Shown: piece by piece, positions 20,114 through 29,350 of the stretch
How the letters are laid out: every line of letters starts with the position of its first letter
How positions within the stretch are numbered: position 1 is the first letter of the stretch
Assembly: GCA_029254395.1 (NCBI GenBank)
Contig: JAQWXQ010000065.1
Span: 1 to 44,216 of the forward strand
Length of the DNA stretch: 44,216 nt
Direction of reading: 5' to 3'
Source of the DNA: SAR86 cluster bacterium
GTDB taxonomy: Bacteria; Pseudomonadota; Gammaproteobacteria; Magnimaribacterales; D2472
Position numbers and translations under genes: made by a program
The notes under the pieces: model-generated
The model's database searches: none
What the model saw: only the letters and a program-made list of their open reading frames with translations
What the model was told of the DNA's origin: nothing

Positions 20114-21388
20114 TTATCTTAAATACCCCGACCAAGATGGCTCCCTAACCTCTCCAGAACTTGATGGCAGTCTGAATTTAGCACCGCTGAGGGTAACACC
20201 AGCAAGAAGCCCAACCTTATCTTCTTTAATTGCATAGACTATCACATTACCGTTAGGAGAAATACTTGGAGATTCATCTAAGCGAGATTCGGTTAGAGGT
20301 CTTGAAAAATTCTCATTAAAGTATTTAAGAGCAATCTTGAACTCTCCTTCGTTTCTTTGAACAAACACAATACCCTCATTGCTTGGAAGGTAAGATGCTT
20401 TAGCGTTATAGTTTCCATCAAAGGTTAGCCTTTTTGGCTTTGTATTAAATTTTAATAAATCTATTTCATAAAGCTGAGGCGATCCTGATCTTCCGGATGT
20501 GAATAATATTTTTTTACCATCTGGTGACCATGATGATTCAGTATCTATGGAATAATGATTTGTTAAACGTGTTAGATTTTTATTCTCCAAATTAAGAATG
20601 TATATTTCTGCATTTCCATCTTGATATAAAGTGAGAGATAAAAACTTTCCATCTGGAGAGAATGCTGGTGAGCTGATCTGATATTTATTTTTTACAGCAA
20701 CCTCCCTACTTCCAGTGGCAATGTTTTGAATAAATACTTTTGCCAATCCTGTCTCAAATGAGACATATGCTATATCTTTAGAGTCAGGACTCCATGATGG
20801 AGAAATAATTGCGCTGTTACTTTTAAGCAAAGTCTGCTCATTCATTCCATCGGCATCAGCTAGCATCAATTTATAAACCTTTGCAGATCCCGCAAGACCT
20901 TCGCTAACATAAAGCATTTTTGTTGATGAGACTCCTTTTAAACCTGTTATCTCTTCATAAATACCGTCGCTCACATAGTGTGCTAACTGTCTGGTTTTGT
21001 TAGGTATACCATAAATTTTTGAAGATCTTATTTTTTTTTCTTTAACAGAATCGTAGATATCATATGAAACAGTGATATTCATTTCATCTTTACTATCGAT
21101 TATCCCTTTTAAAATATAATCAACACCAAGAAGTCTATAATTTTTATAATTTAATTCTTCTTGATATGTCTCTTCTGCCAGGAGCTCGTCAGAGCTTAGT
21201 ACTGAAAACTCACCTGTCCTTTGTAAGTCAGCTTTTATAATTGAACTGATTTCATTTGAAATCAAGGCCTGGCCATCAAAATCATGAATAGCAATTCTAT
21301 AGGGATTGTCAGAACTTTCTGTAATTTCAAGAACAAGCTCTGCATTTAAATTTAAGAAAACAAAGAATAGATATAGGATTTTTTTCAT
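20114..21388 (-). CDS. tolB: Tol-Pal beta-propeller protein TolB
   Basis: SPSWSPD, AYVSFE, repeated PD40 motifs, EPSWS C-terminus. Confidence 0.95.
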   Translation of the reverse strand: MKKILYLFFVFLNLNAELVLEITESSDNPYRIAIHDFDGQALISNEISSIIKADLQRTGEFSVLSSDELLAEETYQEELNYKNYRLLGVDYILKGIIDSKDEMNITVSYDIYDSVKEKKIRSSKIYGIPNKTRQLAHYVSDGIYEEITGLKGVSSTKMLYVSEGLAGSAKVYKLMLADADGMNEQTLLKSNSAIISPSWSPDSKDIAYVSFETGLAKVFIQNIATGSREVAVKNKYQISSPAFSPDGKFLSLTLYQDGNAEIYILNLENKNLTRLTNHYSIDTESSWSPDGKKILFTSGRSGSPQLYEIDLLKFNTKPKRLTFDGNYNAKASYLPSNEGIVFVQRNEGEFKIALKYFNENFSRPLTESRLDESPSISPNGNVIVYAIKEDKVGLLAGVTLSGAKFRLPSSSGEVREPSWSGYLR

Positions 21389-22026
21389 GATGGGTTGAAA
21401 GTGAGCATTATATTTTTAAAATTTGACTGATACATTTTTGCATCCATTTTGCTAAAAAAATTAAAAGTTTCAACCCTCTTTACAGCCTTAATTGCTGAGT
21501 TATCGAACCTTATGTTGCCGCTACTTCTAAAAAGAGACACATTGATTATCCTTCCATTTTTATTTATCTGAATTCTAAGGTCGCAAACCAGGCCATCTTG
21601 AATATTTTTTGGTTTTAACCATGCGCTTTCAATAGTATCTATTATCATCAGACTAAATTTATCTGCATCATTAATTTTTTCGTTATTTAAGAAATTTTTT
21701 TCTTCGCTTATTAGCTTACTAAGCTCTGGAATTACATTTATAGCTGGCTCAAATTCTTTAAATTGATTGGTTTTAGGGGTTGGTATTTTTGAGGAAACAA
21801 TTTTTATTTCATTAAAGCTTTCTTGAGGTATAGGTTTTTCAATAGTTTTTTTCATTGGACTAATTTTTGCATCTTGCTCAAAAATTAAACTAACATCTAT
21901 TGGGTTATTTAGAACAGGTCTTGCTTTTTTTTCTGAATAGAAATAACCAACAAGAAAAAGTATCAGTGAAGCATGTATTAGAAAAGAGAATATTGAGGCT
22001 ATAGTGTAATTAGTATTAATTTGCAT
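21385..22026 (-). CDS. tolA: TolA (short form)
   Basis: N-terminal TM helix with SHLS-type S..IH..L, C-terminal TonB/TolA domain (SSGNIRFDNSAIKAV); lies between tolR and tolB. Confidence 0.85.
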   Translation of the reverse strand: MQINTNYTIASIFSFLIHASLILFLVGYFYSEKKARPVLNNPIDVSLIFEQDAKISPMKKTIEKPIPQESFNEIKIVSSKIPTPKTNQFKEFEPAINVIPELSKLISEEKNFLNNEKINDADKFSLMIIDTIESAWLKPKNIQDGLVCDLRIQINKNGRIINVSLFRSSGNIRFDNSAIKAVKRVETFNFFSKMDAKMYQSNFKNIMLTFNPS

Positions 22027-22438
22027 AGCCTGTTGTGACGATGCCTATTTTCTCTATTCCAACACTTTGAACAGCTGCCATAGCCTTAGCAACGCTATCA
22101 AAAGATACATTTTTATCACCTTTAAAGACAACTTCAATATCAGGATTTGCTGAAAAAATAATTAAAGACTTTCTTTTTAATTCATCCAGGTCTATGGGAA
22201 GTTGCTCTTCACCAATATTAATAAAGTATTCCCCGTTTTTATTAATAGACACTACAAGTGGTTCATTTTGAACAGACATTTTTGTGGTATCAGTTTGAGG
22301 CAAATTAACCTCGACACCTTGGATTAATAAAGGAGAGAGAACCATAAAAATAATCAATAAAACCAACATGACATCAATATATGGGACTACATTAATCTCA
22401 GCATTTAATTTTTTCTTTTTCCCTAATCTGTAAATCAT
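22016..22438 (-). CDS. tolR: TolR
   Basis: EINVVPYIDVMLVLLIIFMV, VNLP, GDK motifs. Confidence 0.96.
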   Translation of the reverse strand: MIYRLGKKKKLNAEINVVPYIDVMLVLLIIFMVLSPLLIQGVEVNLPQTDTTKMSVQNEPLVVSINKNGEYFINIGEEQLPIDLDELKRKSLIIFSANPDIEVVFKGDKNVSFDSVAKAMAAVQSVGIEKIGIVTTGYAN

Positions 22439-23109
22439 TTATTTTTCAAAGTTTGCTTATAAAAAATGCTAGCAAGTTCTTCAGAAAATATGACAGTTGA
22501 TTGTGAAATGCTTTCAAGCTCAGATGCAAATTTGTTGTACGCTAGGACTGCGGGTATGGCTGCAAATAAGCCCATTGCTGTTGCTACCAATGCCTCAGAT
22601 ATGCCAGGAGCAACTGCGTTTATTGTTGCTTGAGTAGCATCAGACAACCCCTGGAATGAGGTCATAATTCCCCAAACTGTTCCAAATAAACCAACATAAG
22701 GACTCACAGAACCAACATTAGCCAAAAATGATAGGTTTACATTCATCTGCTCCTCATCTGAGGCTATAGCGACTCTCATGGAGCGATTAATACCCTCTAA
22801 ATCTAATTCAGTTATCTCATTAGTTTTAGTAAGAGTATTAAATTCATCAAAAGCGCTTCTAAAAACATTCAAAGAGCCATAATTAATATTATTATCATTT
22901 GGTATTTCATTATAAAGTGAATGCAAATCTTTACCTGACCAGAATCTAGATAAAAAATCAGAGTTAATTTTTTTTATTTTTTTATAAAAATTATAGCGTT
23001 CAATTATAACTATCCATGTCAATATTGAAGTTAATAAAAGGGTTAACATGACTGATTTTACAACCGGTCCTGCCTCGAGAAATAAATTTAAAACAGAAAT
23101 TTCATTCAT
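22435..23109 (-). CDS. tolQ: TolQ
   Basis: SPYVGLFGTVWGIM, VAPGISEALVATAMGLFAAIPA. Confidence 0.97.
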   Translation of the reverse strand: MNEISVLNLFLEAGPVVKSVMLTLLLTSILTWIVIIERYNFYKKIKKINSDFLSRFWSGKDLHSLYNEIPNDNNINYGSLNVFRSAFDEFNTLTKTNEITELDLEGINRSMRVAIASDEEQMNVNLSFLANVGSVSPYVGLFGTVWGIMTSFQGLSDATQATINAVAPGISEALVATAMGLFAAIPAVLAYNKFASELESISQSTVIFSEELASIFYKQTLKNK

Positions 23110-23118
23110 AATAATTTT

Positions 23119-23529
23119 TTAACCAAAAAGTAATAATAAATCATTGTGAAACGGTTTTGGTTTATTTGTTTCCGAATTGATCAGACAAACTTCAACCTCT
23201 GCAGAGCAAAGAATTTTGTTTGAGTTGCTTTCTTTTGCTGTTTGTGAAAATGTTAATCTAGCATTTGAGTTTTTGCGAACCAATGAAGAAATGGTCAATG
23301 CATCTTCAATTCTTGCTGGTGAAATAAAATTAATTTCCATCCTACGAACCACAAATACTAATTGTTGATTTAGCAACTTTTCCTGTGAGATGCCATTGTC
23401 TATGAGGAATTCCGTTCTAGATCTCTCAAAAAATTTTAAATAGTTTGCATGATATACAAAACCCTGAAAGTCAGTATCTTCACAGTAAACTTTTAGGTAT
23501 AAATCCTTAGACTTGATATGTTTGCTCAT
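23119..23529 (-). CDS. ybgC: Tol-Pal-associated acyl-CoA thioesterase YbgC
   Basis: VYCEDTD..GFVYHANYLKFFERSRTE hotdog motif; precedes tolQ. Confidence 0.93.
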   Translation of the reverse strand: MSKHIKSKDLYLKVYCEDTDFQGFVYHANYLKFFERSRTEFLIDNGISQEKLLNQQLVFVVRRMEINFISPARIEDALTISSLVRKNSNARLTFSQTAKESNSNKILCSAEVEVCLINSETNKPKPFHNDLLLLFG

Positions 23530-23932
23530 GAAGCTCTATATCTTTTTGAAAAAGCTCTAACAAAATTTGTATAAAATCTGGCCAGAGTAAGTCAACGGTT
23601 ATTAAATGATTTTGAATATTTGGATTGATTGTTGATGCAAGTACTCTTACTTTTATAGGTCTTCTATTAAATTTGTAGATGAGTGCAGGTATTAGATCCT
23701 GTCCATCTGAAGCTCTAATTACTTGATCCCACCAATCCTGAGGTGGCTCTCCGCCGTCACCATATCTCTTACATTCTAGGCACCATCTTCCAAGTCTGAG
23801 ATCGGGGAGTTCTTTTGTTCTGGTTTGCTCTAATATTCTTTTAACAGGATTTGTTAAATTTAGCTCTTGGACTAATAAATTACCTATCTCTCTTTCAAAA
23901 TTTGCACCTTTAGCTCTTGAGTTAACTGGCAA
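23507..23932 (-). CDS. Hjc-like (archaeal/phage-type) PD-(D/E)xK Holliday junction resolvase, putative
   Basis: NSRAKGANFERE (E13), PD (D44), ECK (E53-x-K55), WWDQ, PALIYKFNR. TTG start 2 bp after the yebC stop; overlaps ybgC by 23 bp. Confidence 0.8.
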   Translation of the reverse strand: MPVNSRAKGANFEREIGNLLVQELNLTNPVKRILEQTRTKELPDLRLGRWCLECKRYGDGGEPPQDWWDQVIRASDGQDLIPALIYKFNRRPIKVRVLASTINPNIQNHLITVDLLWPDFIQILLELFQKDIELHEQTYQV

Positions 23933-23934
23933 AA

Positions 23935-24672
23935 TTATTCTCCTGGTTCAAAATTGTCAGGGAATTGAGCATTGGTATGGACTTCTTGCACATCATCTAG
24001 ATCATCCATGAAATCCATAATTTTTAAGATTTTTTCAGCCATTTCTTGATCTACCTCTATAAGAGTATCTGCTCGAAGTGTTGCTTCAGCATTTGATATT
24101 TCAATATCTTTAGATTTTAAAATATCATTTATATTGCTTAAATCGTTATGGGGGGTAATTACTTCAAAATAATCACCTTCATCAACTAAATCTTCTGCGC
24201 CTGCATCCAAAGCAATATCCATCAAATCATCTTCGGTAATTCCCTTGGCAACATGAATGATTCCAAGCTTATTAAATAAATAAGCTACAGAGCCATCGGT
24301 ACCAAGATTTCCACCAAATTTAGAAAAAGCATGTCTAACATCGGAGACAGTCCTGTTTCGATTGTCTGTCATCGTCTCCACAAGAATAGCTACGCCTCCA
24401 GGGCCGTAACCTTCAAATACTATTTCCTCTAAACTTCCTGTCTCACCAGTACCTGAACCTTTTTGAATTGCCCTTTTTATTGTGTCTTTTGGCATATTTG
24501 ATTGGTTGGCTTTTTCTAGTGCAAGCCGCAATCTTGGATTATCTTCAGGGTCAGGGCCGCCTTTAGCTGCTACCGTTATTTCTCTTATAACTTTAGTCCA
24601 TACTTTGGCTCTAGAAGCATCTTGTCTTGCTTTGCGATGTTTTATATTTGCCCATTTAGAATGTCCTGCCAT
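23935..24672 (-). CDS. yebC: YebC/PmpR family protein
   Basis: MAGHSKWANIKHRK, EGYGPGG, TDNRNRT, DLDDVQEVHTN. Confidence 0.98.
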   Translation of the reverse strand: MAGHSKWANIKHRKARQDASRAKVWTKVIREITVAAKGGPDPEDNPRLRLALEKANQSNMPKDTIKRAIQKGSGTGETGSLEEIVFEGYGPGGVAILVETMTDNRNRTVSDVRHAFSKFGGNLGTDGSVAYLFNKLGIIHVAKGITEDDLMDIALDAGAEDLVDEGDYFEVITPHNDLSNINDILKSKDIEISNAEATLRADTLIEVDQEMAEKILKIMDFMDDLDDVQEVHTNAQFPDNFEPGE

Positions 24673-26442
24673 TTAAACCTCTTCTATTACTGTAGATTGT
24701 ATCTTAAGCTCATCTAATTGAGCATTATCAACTTTGCTAGGTGCTTCTGTAAGCAGGCATGTTGCACTCTGTGTCTTAGGAAATGCAATCACATCTCTTA
24801 TATTTGATGTATTAGTTATAAGCATTACAAGCCTATCTAATCCAAAGGCAATGCCTCCATGAGGCGGGCAACCGGAAGACAAAGCATTTAGCAAAAATCC
24901 GAATTTATTATTGGCCTCTTCCTTGGTTATCTTTAATATATCAAAAACTGCTTTTTGCATATCTTCTTGATAAATTCGCAAGGATCCTCCTCCAACCTCA
25001 TAACCATTTAAAACAATATCGTATGCATACGCTATTGCATCTTCAGGCCGATCAAGTAACTCAACTGCTGAACATTTTGGCAAGGTAAATGGGTGATGAA
25101 GAGAAGTTAGGCTTCCTTGGCTGTTCCTTTCAAACATAGGAAAATTAACAACCCAACATGGAGCCCATTCAGAAGAATATAAATTCAGATCTTCTCCTAA
25201 TTTTTTAATTAGGCTACTCATAGATAAATTGACGACATTTTTAGGTCCAGCTCCAAAAAATACTAAATCGCCCTTCTCAAGACCAAGATTACTAATTATT
25301 CTTTCAACTGTTTGTTTATTTAAAAATTTAAGAATTGGAGACTGGAGACCATTTTCGCTACCATCGAGCTCATTAACCTTGATATATGCAAGACCCTTGG
25401 CCCCTAGTTTTGAAACATACTTTGTATATTCATCAATTTTTCCTCTACTAAGACTATTTCCACCAGGAATTTTTAAAGCAACTACTCGAGACTTCTCGTC
25501 CTGAGCTGGGCTTGAAAATACTTTAAACTCCTCGTCCATCACCAATTCAGAGATTTCTACCAGATGCAAAGGTATTCTTAAGTCTGGTTTATCACATCCA
25601 TATTTTTCTATCGAATCGTGCCAATCAATAACAGGAAATTTATCTAGTTTATGGTTGCAAAATTTTTCAACCAGCTCCCTGACCATTCCTTCAGCTAAAT
25701 CGATAATATAGTCCTGATCAATAAATGATGCCTCTATGTCTATCTGAGTAAATTCAGGCTGCCTATCTGCCCTTAAATCTTCATCTCTAAAACACCTGGC
25801 TACCTGGTAATACTTATCAAGCCCTCCCATCATTAGCATTTGCTTAAAAAGTTGAGGTGATTGAGGTAAAGCAAAGAAATTTCCAGGCTGAACTCTACTA
25901 GGAAGAATATAATCCCTTGCGCCTTCAGGAGTTGCCCTCGTTAAAATAGGTGTTTCAATCTCATTGAAATCTTTATCATCTAAATAATTTCTGATAGTAG
26001 ATGATATCTTCGATCTTGTAACGATCCTTTGATTCATTTCAGGTCTTCTTAAATCAAGAACTCTATTTTTCAATCTAACATCCTCGTTAACCTCTTGGTA
26101 ATCATCTAGAGGGAATACCGGAGTAACCGCTTTACTTAAAATTTTTATATGTTTAGCCTCTAACTCTATCTCACCAGTAACCATATTTGCATTAGATGTT
26201 CCTTCAAGTCTTTTATTTACATTTCCACTTATGGAAACTACAAACTCATTTCTTAATGTCTCAGCAATCGCAAAAGATTCTTTAGAATCAGGATTAAATA
26301 CGACTTGGCAAATACCTTTGATATCCCTTAGATCTAAAAAAATAACACCCCCATGATCTCTTCGCTTATGAACCCAGCCGCAAAGTGTTACTTCTTGTTC
26401 TAAATTTTTAGTAGTTATTTCACCACAATAATGTGATCTCAT
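24673..26442 (-). CDS. aspS: aspartate--tRNA ligase (probably non-discriminating Asp/Asn type)
   Basis: [53 protein letters not shown]; RRDHGG His signature. Confidence 0.98.
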   Translation of the reverse strand: MRSHYCGEITTKNLEQEVTLCGWVHKRRDHGGVIFLDLRDIKGICQVVFNPDSKESFAIAETLRNEFVVSISGNVNKRLEGTSNANMVTGEIELEAKHIKILSKAVTPVFPLDDYQEVNEDVRLKNRVLDLRRPEMNQRIVTRSKISSTIRNYLDDKDFNEIETPILTRATPEGARDYILPSRVQPGNFFALPQSPQLFKQMLMMGGLDKYYQVARCFRDEDLRADRQPEFTQIDIEASFIDQDYIIDLAEGMVRELVEKFCNHKLDKFPVIDWHDSIEKYGCDKPDLRIPLHLVEISELVMDEEFKVFSSPAQDEKSRVVALKIPGGNSLSRGKIDEYTKYVSKLGAKGLAYIKVNELDGSENGLQSPILKFLNKQTVERIISNLGLEKGDLVFFGAGPKNVVNLSMSSLIKKLGEDLNLYSSEWAPCWVVNFPMFERNSQGSLTSLHHPFTLPKCSAVELLDRPEDAIAYAYDIVLNGYEVGGGSLRIYQEDMQKAVFDILKITKEEANNKFGFLLNALSSGCPPHGGIAFGLDRLVMLITNTSNIRDVIAFPKTQSATCLLTEAPSKVDNAQLDELKIQSTVIEEV

Positions 26443-26458
26443 TTTTATTCCTCATTAA

Positions 26459-26737
26459 TTAAGTAATCTTATCTTGTTTATTGCCATTCTTGGAGTTAGT
26501 TACCTTATTTACTGAAGATTTTTTTGATGTATCTTCTGAAAGGTTCTTTTTTTTGCCTGTTTTAAAGTCTGTTTCATACCATCCAGAGCCTTTAAGTCTA
26601 AATGAAGGAGCTGAGATTAGCTTTTCAAGAGAATCCTTACCGCATTGCAGGCACTTTTTTAAAGGCTCATCACTAAACTTCTGAAGAGTTTCTATTTGAT
26701 GTCCACAATTTGAACATTTATATTCATAAATCGGCAT
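26459..26737 (-). CDS. FmdB family zinc-ribbon protein
   Basis: [11 protein letters not shown]...CLQC...[13 protein letters not shown]; usual position upstream of aspS. Confidence 0.92.
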   Translation of the reverse strand: MPIYEYKCSNCGHQIETLQKFSDEPLKKCLQCGKDSLEKLISAPSFRLKGSGWYETDFKTGKKKNLSEDTSKKSSVNKVTNSKNGNKQDKIT

Positions 26738-26759
26738 ATGTCTCTAAAAAAAAGATAGA

Positions 26760-26790
26760 ATTATAAACCATAAGGATTTATTCATATAAT
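26760..26790. promoter_or_regulatory. divergent -10 boxes for the FmdB-aspS operon (minus, 26765-26760) and proS (plus, 26785-26790)
   Basis: Two perfect TATAAT hexamers back to back in a 59-bp intergenic gap. Confidence 0.55.
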
Positions 26791-26796
26791 TTAAAG

Positions 26797-28071
26797 ATGT
26801 TATTTTCAAAATTACTATTGCCGACATTAAAAGAGGCTCCTCAGGAAGCTGAAATTGTTAGTCATAAGCTAATGCTTAGGGCTGGGATGATAAGAAAAGT
26901 TGCCTCTGGAGTCTACACTTGGCTGCCATTAGGCTTAAAAGTTCTAAGAAAAGTCGAGGCAATTGTAAGAACTGAAATGAATAATGCTGGAGCCCAAGAG
27001 GTTTTAATGCCAATGGTTCAGCCAAAAGAACTATGGAATGAGACTGAAAGATGGGAAAAAATGGGGAAAGAACTTCTTCGATTTCAAGATAGGCATGATA
27101 GAGATTTTTGTTTAGGCCCAACACATGAAGAGGTAATAACTGACCTAATCAGAAGTAATGTGAAAAGCTACAAAGAATTACCAATTAATGCATATCAAAT
27201 ACAGACAAAATTTAGAGATGAAATTAGACCCAGATACGGTGTGATGAGAAGCAGGGAGTTTCTTATGAAAGATGCTTACAGCTTTAGTGTAAATGAAGAG
27301 TGTTTAGATAATAGCTACATAAATATGAGAAATACATATAAAAAAATTCTCCAAAATATCGGGTTAGAATTCAAAGTAGTAAAAGCTGATTCTGGAGCAA
27401 TAGGTGGAGATGCTTCCGAAGAATTCCATGTATTAGCTGAGAATGGTGAGGATACTATTGCTGTAAGTACTGGCTCTGAATTTGCCATTAATACAGAGCT
27501 TTTATTAGAAGAAGGTGAGGATATTAAATCTCTTGAAGGAGAAGACTCTCCTGACGGTAATGGGGTTATTCAAATAAAAAAAGGTATTGAGGTTGGTCAT
27601 ATTTTTAAACTTGGTCAAGTCTACTCGGAAAGTATGGGTGCTAATGTACAAACTAAAGAAGGAAGGCCAGCAACCCTTCACATGGGCTGCTATGGCATTG
27701 GTATCTCAAGAATAGTTGCAGCAGCTATAGAGCAAAATAATGATGAAAGGGGTATTGTCTGGCCACCAACGATTGCACCATTTGATGTAAACATTATCGC
27801 TATTGGCTTTGAGAAAGATGAAAAAATCGCTATGGCAGCAACAAAGCTTTACGAAAGTCTTTCACACCAAGGCTATGATGTAATTTTAGACGATAGAAAA
27901 ACTGGATTTGGGGCAAAAATTAAAGACTCTGAATTGATTGGAATTCCTATGAATATAATAATTGGTAAATCATTTGTAGAAAATGATGAAATAGAATTAC
28001 GAACAAGAGATGGTCAAATTTCTGTAGCCAAGATTGATGACTTGAAAATCATTTTTAACCACTACAAATAA
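26797..28071 (+). CDS. proS: proline--tRNA ligase lacking the INS editing domain
   Basis: [55 protein letters not shown]; only 424 aa. Confidence 0.97.
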   Translation: MLFSKLLLPTLKEAPQEAEIVSHKLMLRAGMIRKVASGVYTWLPLGLKVLRKVEAIVRTEMNNAGAQEVLMPMVQPKELWNETERWEKMGKELLRFQDRHDRDFCLGPTHEEVITDLIRSNVKSYKELPINAYQIQTKFRDEIRPRYGVMRSREFLMKDAYSFSVNEECLDNSYINMRNTYKKILQNIGLEFKVVKADSGAIGGDASEEFHVLAENGEDTIAVSTGSEFAINTELLLEEGEDIKSLEGEDSPDGNGVIQIKKGIEVGHIFKLGQVYSESMGANVQTKEGRPATLHMGCYGIGISRIVAAAIEQNNDERGIVWPPTIAPFDVNIIAIGFEKDEKIAMAATKLYESLSHQGYDVILDDRKTGFGAKIKDSELIGIPMNIIIGKSFVENDEIELRTRDGQISVAKIDDLKIIFNHYK

Positions 28072-28074
28072 TTA

Positions 28075-28356
28075 CTAATAATCATTGATATCTTTAGATG
28101 AATTATCTTTGTAATATTTCTGGATTAAAAATGACAAGGTAATGGAAAACAGCCCCCAGACAACTAAAGAAATTGCCCAGCTAGAAAGAATTATTACTCC
28201 AAGAGAAATCTGTATCTTGTAAATAACACCCACGAAAATTGCAGCAAGGCCAGCTGGAAGAAAAACAACAAAAGAACCTATTAAAAATAATTCAATAATA
28301 ATTAAAATAGTTCCTAGTATTAGCCAATTATTTGCATTTTCAATTAAATTTATCAT
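28075..28356 (-). CDS. short NfeD-like membrane protein (SPFH partner)
   Basis: WLILG.IL..IELF hydrophobic NfeD N-terminus; 2 bp downstream of the SPFH gene. Confidence 0.7.
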   Translation of the reverse strand: MINLIENANNWLILGTILIIIELFLIGSFVVFLPAGLAAIFVGVIYKIQISLGVIILSSWAISLVVWGLFSITLSFLIQKYYKDNSSKDINDY

Positions 28357-28358
28357 TA

Positions 28359-29273
28359 TTATTTATCTTTATTAGCTGTTGCACCCATTAGTAATTCAAT
28401 GCTACCTAGTGCTTTAGTAATATCTGAAGGAACTACAAGTGTTTTTGTTTGGTCGGATGATGCTAATTTTGCCAAACCATCAACCTGTCTTTTCATTATT
28501 TCAAAATCAACAGCCGGCTGACCATCATCTTTTATGGCTTTGCCTAGTAACATTGTTTGCTCAGCATCTGCCTCAGCCTTGACTTTTACAGCATAAGCAT
28601 CTGCATCAGCAGTCACTCTTACAGCTTCTGCTTCTTTCTGAGCCTCATACAATTGAGCATCAGCATTAAGCTCAACACTTCTTCTATCACCCTCAGCCTT
28701 TGCTATAGTTGCCCTTCTTTCTCTTTCTGCATTTAGTTGTTGCCTTTGTGAATCCTTTGTTTGTTCATCTACCAAAACATCAAGTATCTCAGTTCTTGTT
28801 ACCTCAACGCCCCATATTTCAGCTGCTTTACCAAGCCTCTCTTTAATCTCAAGATTCATTGATTCTCTTGAGGACTGCAAGTCATCAAGCTCCAATTTAC
28901 CAGCTGCAGATCTGATAACAGATATAGCAGTATTTTCTATAGCTGAATCAATATTTTTAATTCTGTAAACTGATTTAGATGCGTCTAGTATTCTAAAAAA
29001 TACAGTTGAGACAAGACCTACCTCTACATTATCTTTAGTTATAACTGAAATTTGAAATTTAGGTAATTGTCTTTCTAGAATATCAACTTTATGGGCAACC
29101 CTATCTAAAAAAGGTATTATTATCGAGAGACCAGATTCTAATGTTTTTGTATATCTACCAAACCTTTCTATAACATAAACCTTTGATTGAGGAACAACCT
29201 TAACTGAAAGGAATAAAAATGATATCGATAAGAAAAATAGAACGGTTAGAAATGCTTGAAATCCAGTCAACAT
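28359..29273 (-). CDS. SPFH/band 7 (stomatin-like, QmcA-type) protein
   Basis: N-terminal TM helix, VIERFG, IIPFLDRV, ITKDNV, WGVEVTR, AERERRA...AEG. Confidence 0.92.
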   Translation of the reverse strand: MLTGFQAFLTVLFFLSISFLFLSVKVVPQSKVYVIERFGRYTKTLESGLSIIIPFLDRVAHKVDILERQLPKFQISVITKDNVEVGLVSTVFFRILDASKSVYRIKNIDSAIENTAISVIRSAAGKLELDDLQSSRESMNLEIKERLGKAAEIWGVEVTRTEILDVLVDEQTKDSQRQQLNAERERRATIAKAEGDRRSVELNADAQLYEAQKEAEAVRVTADADAYAVKVKAEADAEQTMLLGKAIKDDGQPAVDFEIMKRQVDGLAKLASSDQTKTLVVPSDITKALGSIELLMGATANKDK

Positions 29274-29350
29274 AGAAACTCCGATTAATGTGTTATATAA
29301 ACCAATATAACAGATTGAAAAAATTTAACATTTATAAAAATATACACAAA

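Noticed and set aside
23507-23932. Hjc-like gene as a prophage remnant or restriction endonuclease
   Set aside because: No neighbouring phage genes, att sites or methyltransferase; it is tightly coupled to yebC and ybgC and sits in the resolvase position.
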